64,000 bases of DNA from a virus (taxonomy: Duplodnaviria > Caudoviricetes). Positions 30,742-40,716 of the stretch are shown here, piece after piece (within the stretch, counting starts at the first letter, position 1; the number at the start of each line of letters is the position of its first letter). Position numbers and translations under genes: made by a program. The stretch lies in the IMG/VR virus record IMGVR_UViG_3300028571_002036, positions 1 to 64,000 of that record. One strand, written 5' to 3'. A model generated the notes under the pieces. It worked only from the letters and a program-made list of their open reading frames with translations, was not told the origin of the DNA and made no database searches.

Positions 30742-32265
30742 TTAGAGTTTATTCATCAAATCCTTAATTCTTAAGAATTGTGGATTCTCATATGTTTTAG
30801 ACTCAATCAAGGTTGTAGATGAACCAGAAGTTTTTGCTGTGTTCAACTGTCTTTCAACACTTTCAGAAATATTTTTCGTTTCAGTGTTGGAAAGTTCATC
30901 CTTGACAGTTTTGTAGAGTTGTTTTGATTCTTTAAGTGATTCTACAGAATCAAATCTTCTCAGAATATTTATTTTTTCTTTTTTGGTAGTGGAATGCTCA
31001 GTAAACAATCTTGTAGCATATGCCAAGTTCGAGTTAAAAACAGCAACTTCGTTGAGTTTTTCTCTAAAGACATTAAGAGCCTTTCTGTACTCTTCATTCT
31101 TTTCTCTTAACAAATTTAATTCTACTTCAACAGCTTCTACTTTTACACCTTTATCACCATAAACATAATTTCTGTTATTTGTGATACCTTTTCTTAACCC
31201 TCTACCTTCTTTTGACCCCATACCATAAGTTCTAGCAGCCTCTTTTGTTTCCTCCTTGGTTTCATAGTCTTTCTTGCCAGGATTAGTTTCAGATTTGTCA
31301 CCTTTGTTACCACCGAACTTTCCTTCGTAGTCTTTGTAGTGTCCATCTTTACCTTCACCAGCTTTCTTTTCAACACCGTCTACTTTCTTACGTCTGTATT
31401 CGCGTTTCTTAGAATCTTCTTCCATTTCACCCTCTTTAAATTCAAATTTTGCTTTACCAGTACCCATAGTTTTAGGTCCAGCCTTTTTGTGGTCATCAAA
31501 TCCTTTTTTTGGTAAAGTACTGTCGTACTTAAATTTAGGATGACCCATACCTACGCCTTTTGGTTTTACAGTCATTTTAGCTTCTTCAAGGTTATATTCC
31601 TCATGTGAGGATTCTCCCATCTCTTCCATAGATTCTTCATCCATGTACTCAGAAAGGTCTAATTCTTCCTCATCCATTTCTATCTCATACATGATTTCGT
31701 CTTCTTCCATAGTTTCAGACGACGAATAAAGAGCATCTAAAACAGCATCTAAGTCGGGGTCTTCTTCAACATCAAGTTCATTGAATTCCATTTCTTGTTC
31801 TTCCATTTCCATCTCTTCCATCATATCCTCTTCCTCATCCATTTCAGACTCGTCAAGTTTTACAATGTATTCAACATCTTCATTATCGTCGGTAATGTGA
31901 ACCATACCTTCGTCTTTTACAACTACAATTCCATCTTCAGGTCCCATAGCTTTAAAAGCCTTAATAACTTCATCATCAGACATATCTGTCATATCGATAG
32001 TTTCTTCATCCGAATCAAAATCCATATTGAATTCATTATCAGAATCTTCCATATTATCAACATCGCTATCCATGTCAAAATCCATGTCTAGCTCAGTATC
32101 AACTTCAACCTCATCTTCTTGTTCGGAAAGAGATTCCTTTACTAACTGACTGATTTCTTCCTTCATTGTAGAAGCAAGTATTCCTTTTGCGTTTTCGGCA
32201 ATGACTTCTTCAACATTTCTCATTTGAATAAGTGCCTCTTCAACTAAATTTTTAGTTTTTTGCAT
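30742..32265 (-). CDS. Prohead core/scaffolding protein (gp22-like position)
   Basis: Extremely acidic, coiled-coil protein located between the protease and capsid genes. Confidence 0.75.
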   Translation of the reverse strand: MQKTKNLVEEALIQMRNVEEVIAENAKGILASTMKEEISQLVKESLSEQEDEVEVDTELDMDFDMDSDVDNMEDSDNEFNMDFDSDEETIDMTDMSDDEVIKAFKAMGPEDGIVVVKDEGMVHITDDNEDVEYIVKLDESEMDEEEDMMEEMEMEEQEMEFNELDVEEDPDLDAVLDALYSSSETMEEDEIMYEIEMDEEELDLSEYMDEESMEEMGESSHEEYNLEEAKMTVKPKGVGMGHPKFKYDSTLPKKGFDDHKKAGPKTMGTGKAKFEFKEGEMEEDSKKREYRRKKVDGVEKKAGEGKDGHYKDYEGKFGGNKGDKSETNPGKKDYETKEETKEAARTYGMGSKEGRGLRKGITNNRNYVYGDKGVKVEAVEVELNLLREKNEEYRKALNVFREKLNEVAVFNSNLAYATRLFTEHSTTKKEKINILRRFDSVESLKESKQLYKTVKDELSNTETKNISESVERQLNTAKTSGSSTTLIESKTYENPQFLRIKDLMNKL

Positions 32266-32360
32266 AAAAATTGTTTTTAATTTACCTTATAAATAGTTCT
32301 GTAAATAAAAAAATCCGTTTATAAACCCCCTTCTTTACGAAAAAGATTTAAAACGGACAA

Positions 32361-32384
32361 AAAAAAGGTGGAAAACCACCTTTT
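32361..32384 (-). terminator. Intrinsic terminator
   Basis: AAAAGGTGG-TTTT-CCACCTTTTTT on the minus strand, downstream of 32388. Confidence 0.65.
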
Positions 32385-32387
32385 AAG

Positions 32388-32597
32388 TTATTCGATTACT
32401 TCGTCAATTTTGCTTTCCACAACTGAAACGATACGCCATTCGTGTTGGAACCCCGTATATTTCTTTGTTACTTTAGCTTCGACATCGGTAACTGAGAAAC
32501 CATTAACAAGTTTCTCTTCTCTGATTTTTTTAAATCGTCCTGAATTTTCATCAGGTAAATCATAAACCACTTTAGCTACAAAAAATTTCTCATCCAT
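32388..32597 (-). CDS. DUF4494-like small protein
   Basis: 'FVAKV.Y..DE.SG..KK.REE.LV...S.TD.EAK' resembles the Bacteroidota DUF4494 pattern. Confidence 0.6.
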   Translation of the reverse strand: MDEKFFVAKVVYDLPDENSGRFKKIREEKLVNGFSVTDVEAKVTKKYTGFQHEWRIVSVVESKIDEVIE

Positions 32598-32616
32598 AAT
32601 TATTAATTCATTTTAG

Positions 32617-33333
32617 TTAACGATTTAAATAATCGGTTAATTTTTTCATTAAATCAACTGACTTGTTCATTCCTGAGTCAGAAATTTTTTGATTTTTTTC
32701 TTCATCGAGGTTTTCCTCGTACATTGACCTCTCTTCGGGGGAGTTAAATAGGTAAGCACCAGGGGTTGACGGGGAAGAGACCAAGTCAAAGCAAATTAAC
32801 TCAAAATCGTCTTGAACTTCATTTTGTTCTCCTTTTTTTGCCAATGACCCTACACCACGAGATGAAACACCCATTGTCACACCTTGTCTAATGAGGTTTG
32901 CGGCGATATCTCCTTTAGTTGATACAATACCACTCTCGTGGAATCCAGGTGATGTTAGAAGTTTTAATTTACCCATAAGAATGTGACCATCCCACCATAT
33001 GTCTGTAATAAGGTGTGATACTCTATCCAAATCAATCAAAGATGATTCTGGGTGATTTAACTCAGAGGTTGATAAACCTTTTTTGATTGCGGTTTTGTAT
33101 CTATCGGATTCTCTTTTTAATATTCTTTCAGGGTATACTCTTCCATTTCTATTTGGGACACCATATTTTTGAAGAACAGCATAAAACTCAAATGGGTTTC
33201 TATAATCCATTTGTTTTTGTTCCTTCAAAAAAGATTCGTTAAGTGGGTCAGATGGTGAAATGTAACCTGCGTCCATTTCGATTAAAATCCCCTTACCTGT
33301 TTCTCTTGGCCCAAGAATGCGTAAATCTTTCAT
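32617..33333 (-). CDS. gp21: Prohead protease, T4 gp21-like
   Basis: 'NRNGRVYP', 'ELNHP', 'VSH', 'GVSSRGVGS', 'DLVSSPSTPGA'. Confidence 0.93.
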   Translation of the reverse strand: MKDLRILGPRETGKGILIEMDAGYISPSDPLNESFLKEQKQMDYRNPFEFYAVLQKYGVPNRNGRVYPERILKRESDRYKTAIKKGLSTSELNHPESSLIDLDRVSHLITDIWWDGHILMGKLKLLTSPGFHESGIVSTKGDIAANLIRQGVTMGVSSRGVGSLAKKGEQNEVQDDFELICFDLVSSPSTPGAYLFNSPEERSMYEENLDEEKNQKISDSGMNKSVDLMKKLTDYLNR

Positions 33334-33359
33334 TATATTGTTTTAAAATAAATATAATG

Positions 33360-33812
33360 TTAGTTCATAGTTTTTATTTTTATCTTTTCTTTACTCGAAG
33401 TAAATGTGAAGTAATCATTTTTAATAACACAATCTTTATAAATTTCTCTTATAATTTTTTTTATTGCATCTTTAAGAATTGAACCTTTGAAATCTATTTC
33501 TGTTTTTGTAAAAAGATTTATCTCAAGATTCATAAAAGATTTTTTACCTAATTGAATCCCACTAGTTCTAAGGTCTAAATCAACAATAAATTTTTCTGCG
33601 AAAAGTTCTCTATTAATACTCTCATAAACACTGTGTTTAACATTTCTTGAAAGACCACCCACTATACGGTCCCAATTTTCCATTTCGACTTTTGGGGCTA
33701 CCCATGTTTGCATGTTTATGTAAAGTGATTTTAGCTGTTTTGAATCTACTGTTCCGTATTGAGTTTTAATTGATTCATATTGGTTAATCTTAACCGTTTT
33801 TCCTTTTTTCAT
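33360..33812 (-). CDS. Hypothetical protein in head module
   Basis: 150-aa ORF. Confidence 0.6.
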   Translation of the reverse strand: MKKGKTVKINQYESIKTQYGTVDSKQLKSLYINMQTWVAPKVEMENWDRIVGGLSRNVKHSVYESINRELFAEKFIVDLDLRTSGIQLGKKSFMNLEINLFTKTEIDFKGSILKDAIKKIIREIYKDCVIKNDYFTFTSSKEKIKIKTMN

Positions 33813-33890
33813 TCATATTCAGATTGGAATCTGTTTATTTTTTTATAAATCATAACAAACTTTTACCCCAAATCCAAATATTTCTATTAT

Positions 33891-34076
33891 ATGTTAATAG
33901 TACAGGTAGACAAAAATATTGAAAAAGCACTCAAGATGCTTAAGTCTAAAGTAATTAAAACCAAACAGAATCAGAAACTAAATTCTTTAAAAGAATACCA
34001 AAAAAAATCTGTTAAAATAAGAGCCGAAAAAATCAAAGCTTCTTATGTTCAAAAGTTTAAGAATCAAGAAGAATAG
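33891..34076 (+). CDS. rpsU: Ribosomal protein bS21
   Basis: 61-aa basic protein 'MLIVQV..NIEKALK.LK.KV.KTKQ...L...KEY.KKSV..R....KA.Y', matching the Bacteroidota-type bS21 pattern. Confidence 0.82.
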   Translation: MLIVQVDKNIEKALKMLKSKVIKTKQNQKLNSLKEYQKKSVKIRAEKIKASYVQKFKNQEE

Positions 34077-34764
34077 ACTCTTCTAATCTTTTTAACTTTA
34101 CATAATTAACTTGGTCAAATTTTTCAATCTCAATCCTTTCAATCGTTTCGTTAATTTTGGATTGAATATCCGATTCCTCTTGTTTGTTAAGTAATACTTT
34201 CAATTTGTTAATTGTTGATTCTTTAAGTGTTGTGTACTCGATTTCTAAATCTTCATTCTTTGATGCCAAAATATAGAATACCTCTTTTTTTGTTGCCTCG
34301 TCTAAACTCTCAATATATTTTCCAATAGTTTGATTGGCAATCAAAACCATTGATTTTAAAGGAATTTTAGGGGTTTCATTTAAACCTTTTGTGGTTAACA
34401 TAAGATTATCGATTAACATTTTCTTTGACGACAACCTTTCGTGAATATTCACATTTTCAAAATATACCAAATTATCAATATTTTGGTAAATATTTGGGGA
34501 TTTTTCCCCATTTTTTGGTAATGAAGTATTTTCTAATAAATGTCTAATTACATTTACAGACTCTTCTAAGAATTCTTTAGCATCGTTTTCAGATAAACCT
34601 TGTGGTAAATTAAGGTCATCATAAATGGAATAAACCTTTGAAAATGATTTATTTTTCAAAACATTATGTTTGAATTCTTTTAATGTTTGCTTGAAAGTAG
34701 AGGAATCTTTGTAAGACTCTACCAAGTTTTTTTCGATAATAGATTTGATTTGTCCGAAAGTCAT
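34057..34764 (-). CDS. Hypothetical protein in head module
   Basis: 235-aa ORF directly downstream of the portal gene. Confidence 0.6.
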   Translation of the reverse strand: MTFGQIKSIIEKNLVESYKDSSTFKQTLKEFKHNVLKNKSFSKVYSIYDDLNLPQGLSENDAKEFLEESVNVIRHLLENTSLPKNGEKSPNIYQNIDNLVYFENVNIHERLSSKKMLIDNLMLTTKGLNETPKIPLKSMVLIANQTIGKYIESLDEATKKEVFYILASKNEDLEIEYTTLKESTINKLKVLLNKQEESDIQSKINETIERIEIEKFDQVNYVKLKRLEESILLDS

Positions 34765-34791
34765 GAGGTCGTATTTATTCTCTAATAAATA

Positions 34792-37617
34792 TTAGGAATT
34801 TAACAACTTATCTAACTCGTCTTCTATTTTACCTAAACTTTGTTGTGCAATACCTAAATTTAAAAACTGATTACCATACAAACCAGTTTCTATCAAAATA
34901 TTCATATCTTTATTTTGTGTTGATTCTGGCGTAATTTCACCCTCTTCAGGGGTTGTTGCACCCAAGTCTGGTGTTTCACCAGCTAAGTCACCACCAAGGT
35001 CTCCACCAAGGTCCGCACCAACATCAAAACCACCACCACCAAACGCAGCAGCGGCTGGTTCAGAGGTTTCACCAGGAGGTGCTTGTGGCGCCCCTTCACC
35101 AGGTTTATTTCCATACAACTTATCAAGTTGGTCAAACAATCCTGTTTTAGAGATTACTGTCGGAGTGTTTTTTAATTCCTCACCAATGGCTCTTTCCATT
35201 CTCTGTTGTAGAAGGTCAGTTCTGATTTCATCATCTGACCAATTGAAAATGTGTTTCTTAGCCCAAGTAGATGAAGCTGGTTGAATACCATTTCCGGGGT
35301 CTGAAACTAAATCACGATACAAAAGAACTTTTTCTTTCCATATATCAACCTTCAGTAAGTCAGCTTGTGTTGATGGATTTGTAAGACCTAAAGTAAAATT
35401 AGAAATCTCTTCTTCAAAACCAAGTAGAAATAAATGGATAATTGCAACCTTATTAAGTTCTTGCAACATCGACTTTTGAATTCTATTAATGGTTCTCGCA
35501 AATCGGATATCCATCAATGCTAAAGTTTTACCGTCACCGACAACTTCTTCAAAACCTAAAAAGGCCTTAGGAATTCTAAGTGCAGTAACAAGTTTTTTCT
35601 GAATGTATTCAATGTCAGCAATCTCTGAAAGATTCTGTGCTCCAGGCAAAGTTTCAATTGGAGATGGTTGTGCTGGGTCTCTAACAGGAATAAAGAAATC
35701 TTGGTCTACAGCCATTTGGTTAAACCTCATATCAACATTGCCTGTTTTGGAATCAACAATTTGTTCCCTTTTGAACTTGTTAGCAACACGTTGTACATAA
35801 GCCTCGACATCATCATCGTTCATGTTTCCAACATAAACTTTGAAAATTCTTCTTTCAGGGGCTCGTGAGGTACGATAAATTAACATCGCATCTTCAGATA
35901 ACAAAAGTTGTTTCCAAATACGGCGAGATTTTTCCAACATTGAGGTACCATATGGGAGTTTTCTGTCGTCCCCTAATAATCTGAAGTGAGCAATTTCCCA
36001 AGTTTGAAATTCCATATTTTGGGTTTTCCAAGTAAACCTTAACCCTTTGTCTTCAGTATCATTTTTTGTGACACCAACCGATGCATTTCTTGTTGACAAA
36101 CCTTGTTCAAATCTCTCAATTTCGATGTTAGGTAGTTGTTGACATCCAACAACACCTTTTTCAGGGTCTAATCTCATATAAACGAAATTATCACCGTACT
36201 TACAGGTGTTTCTTGTCCACATGGGTAGATTAGTATTGATGTCTAAAGAATTATTAAATAAATCTGATAAAACGGATTTAATTCTTTTTGATTCAGAATA
36301 AATTTGAAGAATTTGACCATCTTCGTTAGGTGTGGTAGATTCTTCAGCGTAGATATCTAAGGCCGCAGAAATTTCCGGAGTATTATGTGAAAAAATAGTG
36401 TCGGTGGCAAAATTTTTATAACCAGGAACTGTCAAGTCATACACAGGAATAACACCATAAGGTTCAATAGATTCAATTTTGTGATTTAAATTGATTACAT
36501 CACCTTTTGATTTTGCTGTGGAATATTTTGACTTTTCAATACCATAAGCATCTAAAAATGTTTGCCAATCAGAATATCCTGAATTAACAACTTCTCTTTG
36601 TATTTTTCTATATGAAACATTTAATTTTGTTGCAGTTTTTTTAAGAGTTTTTTCACCTCTAGCAGCTTCAATAATATTGTCAAAACCAATTGTAAAATAC
36701 GATGGATTGTTTACACCAGAACGCTTACCATCCCAGGACATTTTACCTTTTCTTCTCGCAACCTCAGACATTTTTTCCCTGAATTTGGGATTAGACCATA
36801 ATTTTTCGTTGTTCAATTTTGCATGATAAGCCCTATGTTCAGAGATTTTCATTATTTGAAGATTTTCTGGTTGATTATTTTTACCATTAAAATCAATATG
36901 ATGAACTTCTTCGTCTTTTTCTATCGAAATGTCATAAAACCATTGTGCAATTAAATTATGTTCGGAAATCCAACCATTATGCCCTTCATTAGAATTACAG
37001 GTATAAATCCAATTATACTTTTCATTATTGTAAAAAGATTTACGATAAAATGGCATCATTGAATCACCTTTTCGTAAATTCATCACTCTTTCAAAAGAAC
37101 CATCCCGTTTCATTAATTGATGTTCCCATGTTGCAATTATAAATGAACCATCATCAAAGGTGACTTTATATGTCATTTCATCCCTTGTGTAATGAGCATT
37201 TCTTGCTTTTGCTGGTACAACCTTTTTTAAATTGTGGTCATAAGAGTATGTTATAAATTCGTAGTTTATCCCTTTATCTGCAAGCTCCTTAATGGTAATA
37301 AATCCATCAGGCGTGGCTATTTTAGTATCACCATGAATACAATATTCCATAGATTCGTAATCGTAATACGAAGCCAAACGATTTGGTTCATAATATACGG
37401 CTTGAGTGTAGAGGTTATTTTCAACTTTAGCAAATTGATTTGCTAAATAAAATGATTGTTTGGCTTGAAGTTTTTCCCTTTCGTATTCAGTTTTATCAGT
37501 AGTTCTGAGTAATTCCTTTTTATCTAACTTGTAAACAGGAAAATCTTGATTCATCAAGGCATTAGGACCCAAAGCCCTTGTTAACCTCTGCCAAACCGTT
37601 AAATTTCTATTTTTCAT
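34792..37617 (-). CDS. gp20: Portal protein, T4 gp20-like, intein-containing
   Basis: 'PEISAALDIYAEE', 'QLLLSEDAMLIYR.SRAPERRIF.V.VGN', 'DFFIP', 'IETLPG.QNL..I.DIEY..KKL..AL.IP'. Confidence 0.95.
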   Translation of the reverse strand: MKNRNLTVWQRLTRALGPNALMNQDFPVYKLDKKELLRTTDKTEYEREKLQAKQSFYLANQFAKVENNLYTQAVYYEPNRLASYYDYESMEYCIHGDTKIATPDGFITIKELADKGINYEFITYSYDHNLKKVVPAKARNAHYTRDEMTYKVTFDDGSFIIATWEHQLMKRDGSFERVMNLRKGDSMMPFYRKSFYNNEKYNWIYTCNSNEGHNGWISEHNLIAQWFYDISIEKDEEVHHIDFNGKNNQPENLQIMKISEHRAYHAKLNNEKLWSNPKFREKMSEVARRKGKMSWDGKRSGVNNPSYFTIGFDNIIEAARGEKTLKKTATKLNVSYRKIQREVVNSGYSDWQTFLDAYGIEKSKYSTAKSKGDVINLNHKIESIEPYGVIPVYDLTVPGYKNFATDTIFSHNTPEISAALDIYAEESTTPNEDGQILQIYSESKRIKSVLSDLFNNSLDINTNLPMWTRNTCKYGDNFVYMRLDPEKGVVGCQQLPNIEIERFEQGLSTRNASVGVTKNDTEDKGLRFTWKTQNMEFQTWEIAHFRLLGDDRKLPYGTSMLEKSRRIWKQLLLSEDAMLIYRTSRAPERRIFKVYVGNMNDDDVEAYVQRVANKFKREQIVDSKTGNVDMRFNQMAVDQDFFIPVRDPAQPSPIETLPGAQNLSEIADIEYIQKKLVTALRIPKAFLGFEEVVGDGKTLALMDIRFARTINRIQKSMLQELNKVAIIHLFLLGFEEEISNFTLGLTNPSTQADLLKVDIWKEKVLLYRDLVSDPGNGIQPASSTWAKKHIFNWSDDEIRTDLLQQRMERAIGEELKNTPTVISKTGLFDQLDKLYGNKPGEGAPQAPPGETSEPAAAAFGGGGFDVGADLGGDLGGDLAGETPDLGATTPEEGEITPESTQNKDMNILIETGLYGNQFLNLGIAQQSLGKIEDELDKLLNS
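36382..37341 (-). mobile_element. Intein (320 aa) with HNH homing endonuclease in the portal protein
   Basis: Starts 'EY|CIHGDTKI', block B 'T.EHQLM', HNH 'VHHIDFNGKNNQPENL', block F 'VYDLTV', ends 'FSHN|T'. Confidence 0.93.
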
Positions 37618-37659
37618 TCTTACTCAAACTTAATCCCTTATGGATTATTATAAATACTT

Positions 37660-39420
37660 TTACCTTCCAAATAACCAACCATACTTTTGATAATCATTTC
37701 GGGTAGCCTCATAATTTTTAGAGTGATTCATCCCCGAATGATTAAATTGTGGTAAAGAAGGATTAAAATATTCGGATTTTTCTTTATTTTCGGTAACAAT
37801 AGTAGACCAAGAATCCAACATTGCTTTTGTATGGTTTACCACCTTAACCAATGAGGGGAATGCCGCTTCCGCAACATAAGTCGCCATTGCAATTGACATA
37901 ATACAATCATCATGGTGACCTTTTTGGTGGTCAGGTCGACCATTGATATAAATAAAAGTCCCCATTTCATTTACCAGCCTACTCGACCTTACTTTAAATT
38001 CATGACGGAGGGATTCTTCAAAGGAAGCGATGATTTGAACCCTTTTATTGTTAAAATTGATTCCAGGTATTTTTTCTTTAACTCTTGGGTCATATTTCCA
38101 TTTATTTGACATGTCAACCCCATCATAGAAAAAATTTTCATAACCCATTTCTTGAAGTTTTCTTGCCGTTGCAACCCCCATACCACCAGTCAAATCTATA
38201 ACACACAAGGCACTATACATAATACCCCACTTATATGCAATTTCGGCTAATGTATCGGGTGGTAATTTTCCAACAAATTCTAATACTTGTTCTTTTTCAT
38301 CAAAATCAATAATTACAAAACAAGAAAAGTCTTCAGAATCTCCCCGAGAAACATCTATACCCATGACATATTTGTGACCATTTACAGGTTCTTTCCATAT
38401 CCATAACTGTCCACCTATTAATTTGGCACTTGGTTCCTTAATATCATTTTTTTGGATATTCTGTAAAAGTTCAGAATCAAATACATTGTCACCTGAACCT
38501 AAAAAGTTACATTCTAATTCTTGTGCAACTTTTCTTCTATCATATTTTAGTTTTTTAACCATACTTTCCAACCAAGATGAGCATGGTTTATAACCGTCTT
38601 CAATATATTTGTGTAAAGTATCTAAATTTCTTTCTTTTCTATTTTCAAGTGATAAATCAATAATACTATCTAATGTGTATTCATGTTTGTTAAGAAGGTA
38701 ATGAACTAAGTCTTTAGTTTTAACCATATACAAATCTTTGGTATATCTAGGGTCACGATACCAATACATTTCAGTGATTTTGAAATCATTCATACCACGA
38801 AGCGCTTGGTCATAAATTTCATAGTAAATTGCATCAAAACCATTAGGGGTTGAAATTACAACCACTTTACCTCCTGTAGAAAGAGATGCCATACAAGCCG
38901 CCCAAAAATCACTATCGGCCTCAATAAAAGCTGCTTCGTCAAAAATTAATGTTGTGGGGGTGTAACCACGAAGTGCATCTTTTGAAGTTGCAACAGCTTT
39001 TACTTCACATCCGTTTGATAATTTAAAGTGACGAGCGGAATTTTTTTCAGGTGCAAACCCTATTCCGACCCAACTTGGCCATTGTTCGGTGAATCCACGG
39101 ATTTTGTTTGCAAATTCCACCGAAGTATCTAATTTATTTGCAATTATAAGAACTTTCTCGGGTTTTTCTTTTCTTGCAAATGCTAGTCGTTTACTTGCCC
39201 AAGCGGCGGTAACTGTCGATACCCCCGCTTGACGATACTTCAGGGCAATATTTTCATTGTACTCCTCATAATCCTCGACAAGTTGAACTTGGTCTTGAAA
39301 CAATTCCAAAGGTACATAACGGGAAACCGTATTATCGTAAGTTTGTAAATAAGTCTTCAGCGCATACGGAGTGCTTTTCATGCACTTTTTATACTCAATA
39401 ATAACTTGTTCTTTTGTCAT
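37660..39420 (-). CDS. gp17: Terminase large subunit (gp17-like)
   Basis: 'KYRQAGVST', 'LIFDEAAF', 'ISTPNG', 'QELEC.F', nuclease 'GIDVSRG...D' and 'HDDCIM'. Confidence 0.95.
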   Translation of the reverse strand: MTKEQVIIEYKKCMKSTPYALKTYLQTYDNTVSRYVPLELFQDQVQLVEDYEEYNENIALKYRQAGVSTVTAAWASKRLAFARKEKPEKVLIIANKLDTSVEFANKIRGFTEQWPSWVGIGFAPEKNSARHFKLSNGCEVKAVATSKDALRGYTPTTLIFDEAAFIEADSDFWAACMASLSTGGKVVVISTPNGFDAIYYEIYDQALRGMNDFKITEMYWYRDPRYTKDLYMVKTKDLVHYLLNKHEYTLDSIIDLSLENRKERNLDTLHKYIEDGYKPCSSWLESMVKKLKYDRRKVAQELECNFLGSGDNVFDSELLQNIQKNDIKEPSAKLIGGQLWIWKEPVNGHKYVMGIDVSRGDSEDFSCFVIIDFDEKEQVLEFVGKLPPDTLAEIAYKWGIMYSALCVIDLTGGMGVATARKLQEMGYENFFYDGVDMSNKWKYDPRVKEKIPGINFNNKRVQIIASFEESLRHEFKVRSSRLVNEMGTFIYINGRPDHQKGHHDDCIMSIAMATYVAEAAFPSLVKVVNHTKAMLDSWSTIVTENKEKSEYFNPSLPQFNHSGMNHSKNYEATRNDYQKYGWLFGR

Positions 39421-39426
39421 AATTTC

Positions 39427-40716
39427 TTAGTCAGGACGGGAAATTCCCAAACCTGATAAGAAATCTAAACCATCATCTTCGGAATCTTCGTCCGTGTCAA
39501 AACTTTCGTATTCCTCCTTATTTTGTTTTGCAATTGTAATCAACTCACGAAAAGAGTCGGTAGCCTTTGCAATTTTTTTGGTGTCTTCGGAAATTGCATT
39601 TCCAACAATTTCTAAGAATTCCTCAGCAGGGAGTTTATAAAGTTCCATTTGGAACCAATTAATCAAACCTTTGTTTTGTTCATCATAAACTTCATCAGGT
39701 AACGCAAAACGAATTTTTTCAACAATTTGCGGTCCAATTCTAAGGGACCATGCTTCCATAGGTAAAGTATCGGTTTGACCCATAACTTTTTCACGAGTTG
39801 TGGGGTCTTCAGGTAAACCATAACGACCTTTAGCCTCTTCCAATCCTTTGATTATTTCATGACACACAATGGGAAACAACATCCCGTAAGCTTTAATTAC
39901 CGTATCGGGAGAACTATCACCATCCTCGTCTTCAAAACCATCATCTCCGGCGTCCTCAAGTTCAACCTTCCCAGCAACTCCTTGACCTGTAGCACCCATC
40001 ATCTCAATCATTTGTTCCATGGTAAAGTACATAAAATCATTTAAGGACATTATCTCCAAATATGCGGGATAAAGTCTTGGGTCTATTTCATCGAGTTTTT
40101 TTCTAATTTCAGGTTTTTGAAAAAGATAGTGACCTTTTTTTGCTGACCCTTGGATAATTGCGTTGATAATATTTCTCTTATGCTTTTCTAATTCTAAAAC
40201 TTCTTCAGGGGTTACCTCATCGATGTCAAAACCTGAGTCAATCATAATCTTTTGAGCGTCCTCTTCGTTTTTTTCCTCTAACTCCTCGGCTTCGTATCTA
40301 AAGTTACTAACATCGATTGTTTCACGATTCAAATTTGCCTCAACAATAAACCAATCAGAGGGTACTTGGGTATCTTCCAAACAAGCCTCGATTGCCAAGT
40401 TTTCCAAAGCATCCCTGTGTCTTGATTCAATTTGCATAACTTGGGGTACTTTCTGATACATTTCTGAAATTAACATCCTTCCCAACATTTGAGAATTAAT
40501 TGTTTCTCTTCCTGTAACCTCTCGAACTTTGTCCACAACTTGTTTAAATCGGTTTGTAACCAATCTTTGTACATCTTCAGAACCTTTTCCCATTGCAGGA
40601 TTTTTTGCGTAAGGACTCTCAGGGTCTCGGAGTTTTCTTTCGAGACTTGGGTCCATACGCTCGGGATAATCCCCGTAATCGATTTGTTCTCGAATTTTTC
40701 TATTTTTTGCCATCAC
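39427..40716 (-). CDS. Hypothetical protein
   Basis: 429-aa ORF co-directional with the terminase; contains 'HEIIKG'. Confidence 0.65.
   Translation of the reverse strand: MMAKNRKIREQIDYGDYPERMDPSLERKLRDPESPYAKNPAMGKGSEDVQRLVTNRFKQVVDKVREVTGRETINSQMLGRMLISEMYQKVPQVMQIESRHRDALENLAIEACLEDTQVPSDWFIVEANLNRETIDVSNFRYEAEELEEKNEEDAQKIMIDSGFDIDEVTPEEVLELEKHKRNIINAIIQGSAKKGHYLFQKPEIRKKLDEIDPRLYPAYLEIMSLNDFMYFTMEQMIEMMGATGQGVAGKVELEDAGDDGFEDEDGDSSPDTVIKAYGMLFPIVCHEIIKGLEEAKGRYGLPEDPTTREKVMGQTDTLPMEAWSLRIGPQIVEKIRFALPDEVYDEQNKGLINWFQMELYKLPAEEFLEIVGNAISEDTKKIAKATDSFRELITIAKQNKEEYESFDTDEDSEDDGLDFLSGLGISRPD

Noticed and set aside
39210-39245. Terminase Walker A lacking GKT (RQAGVST)
   Set aside because: The K-x-R-Q-x-G-x-S/T variant is common in phage large terminases and is not evidence of inactivation.
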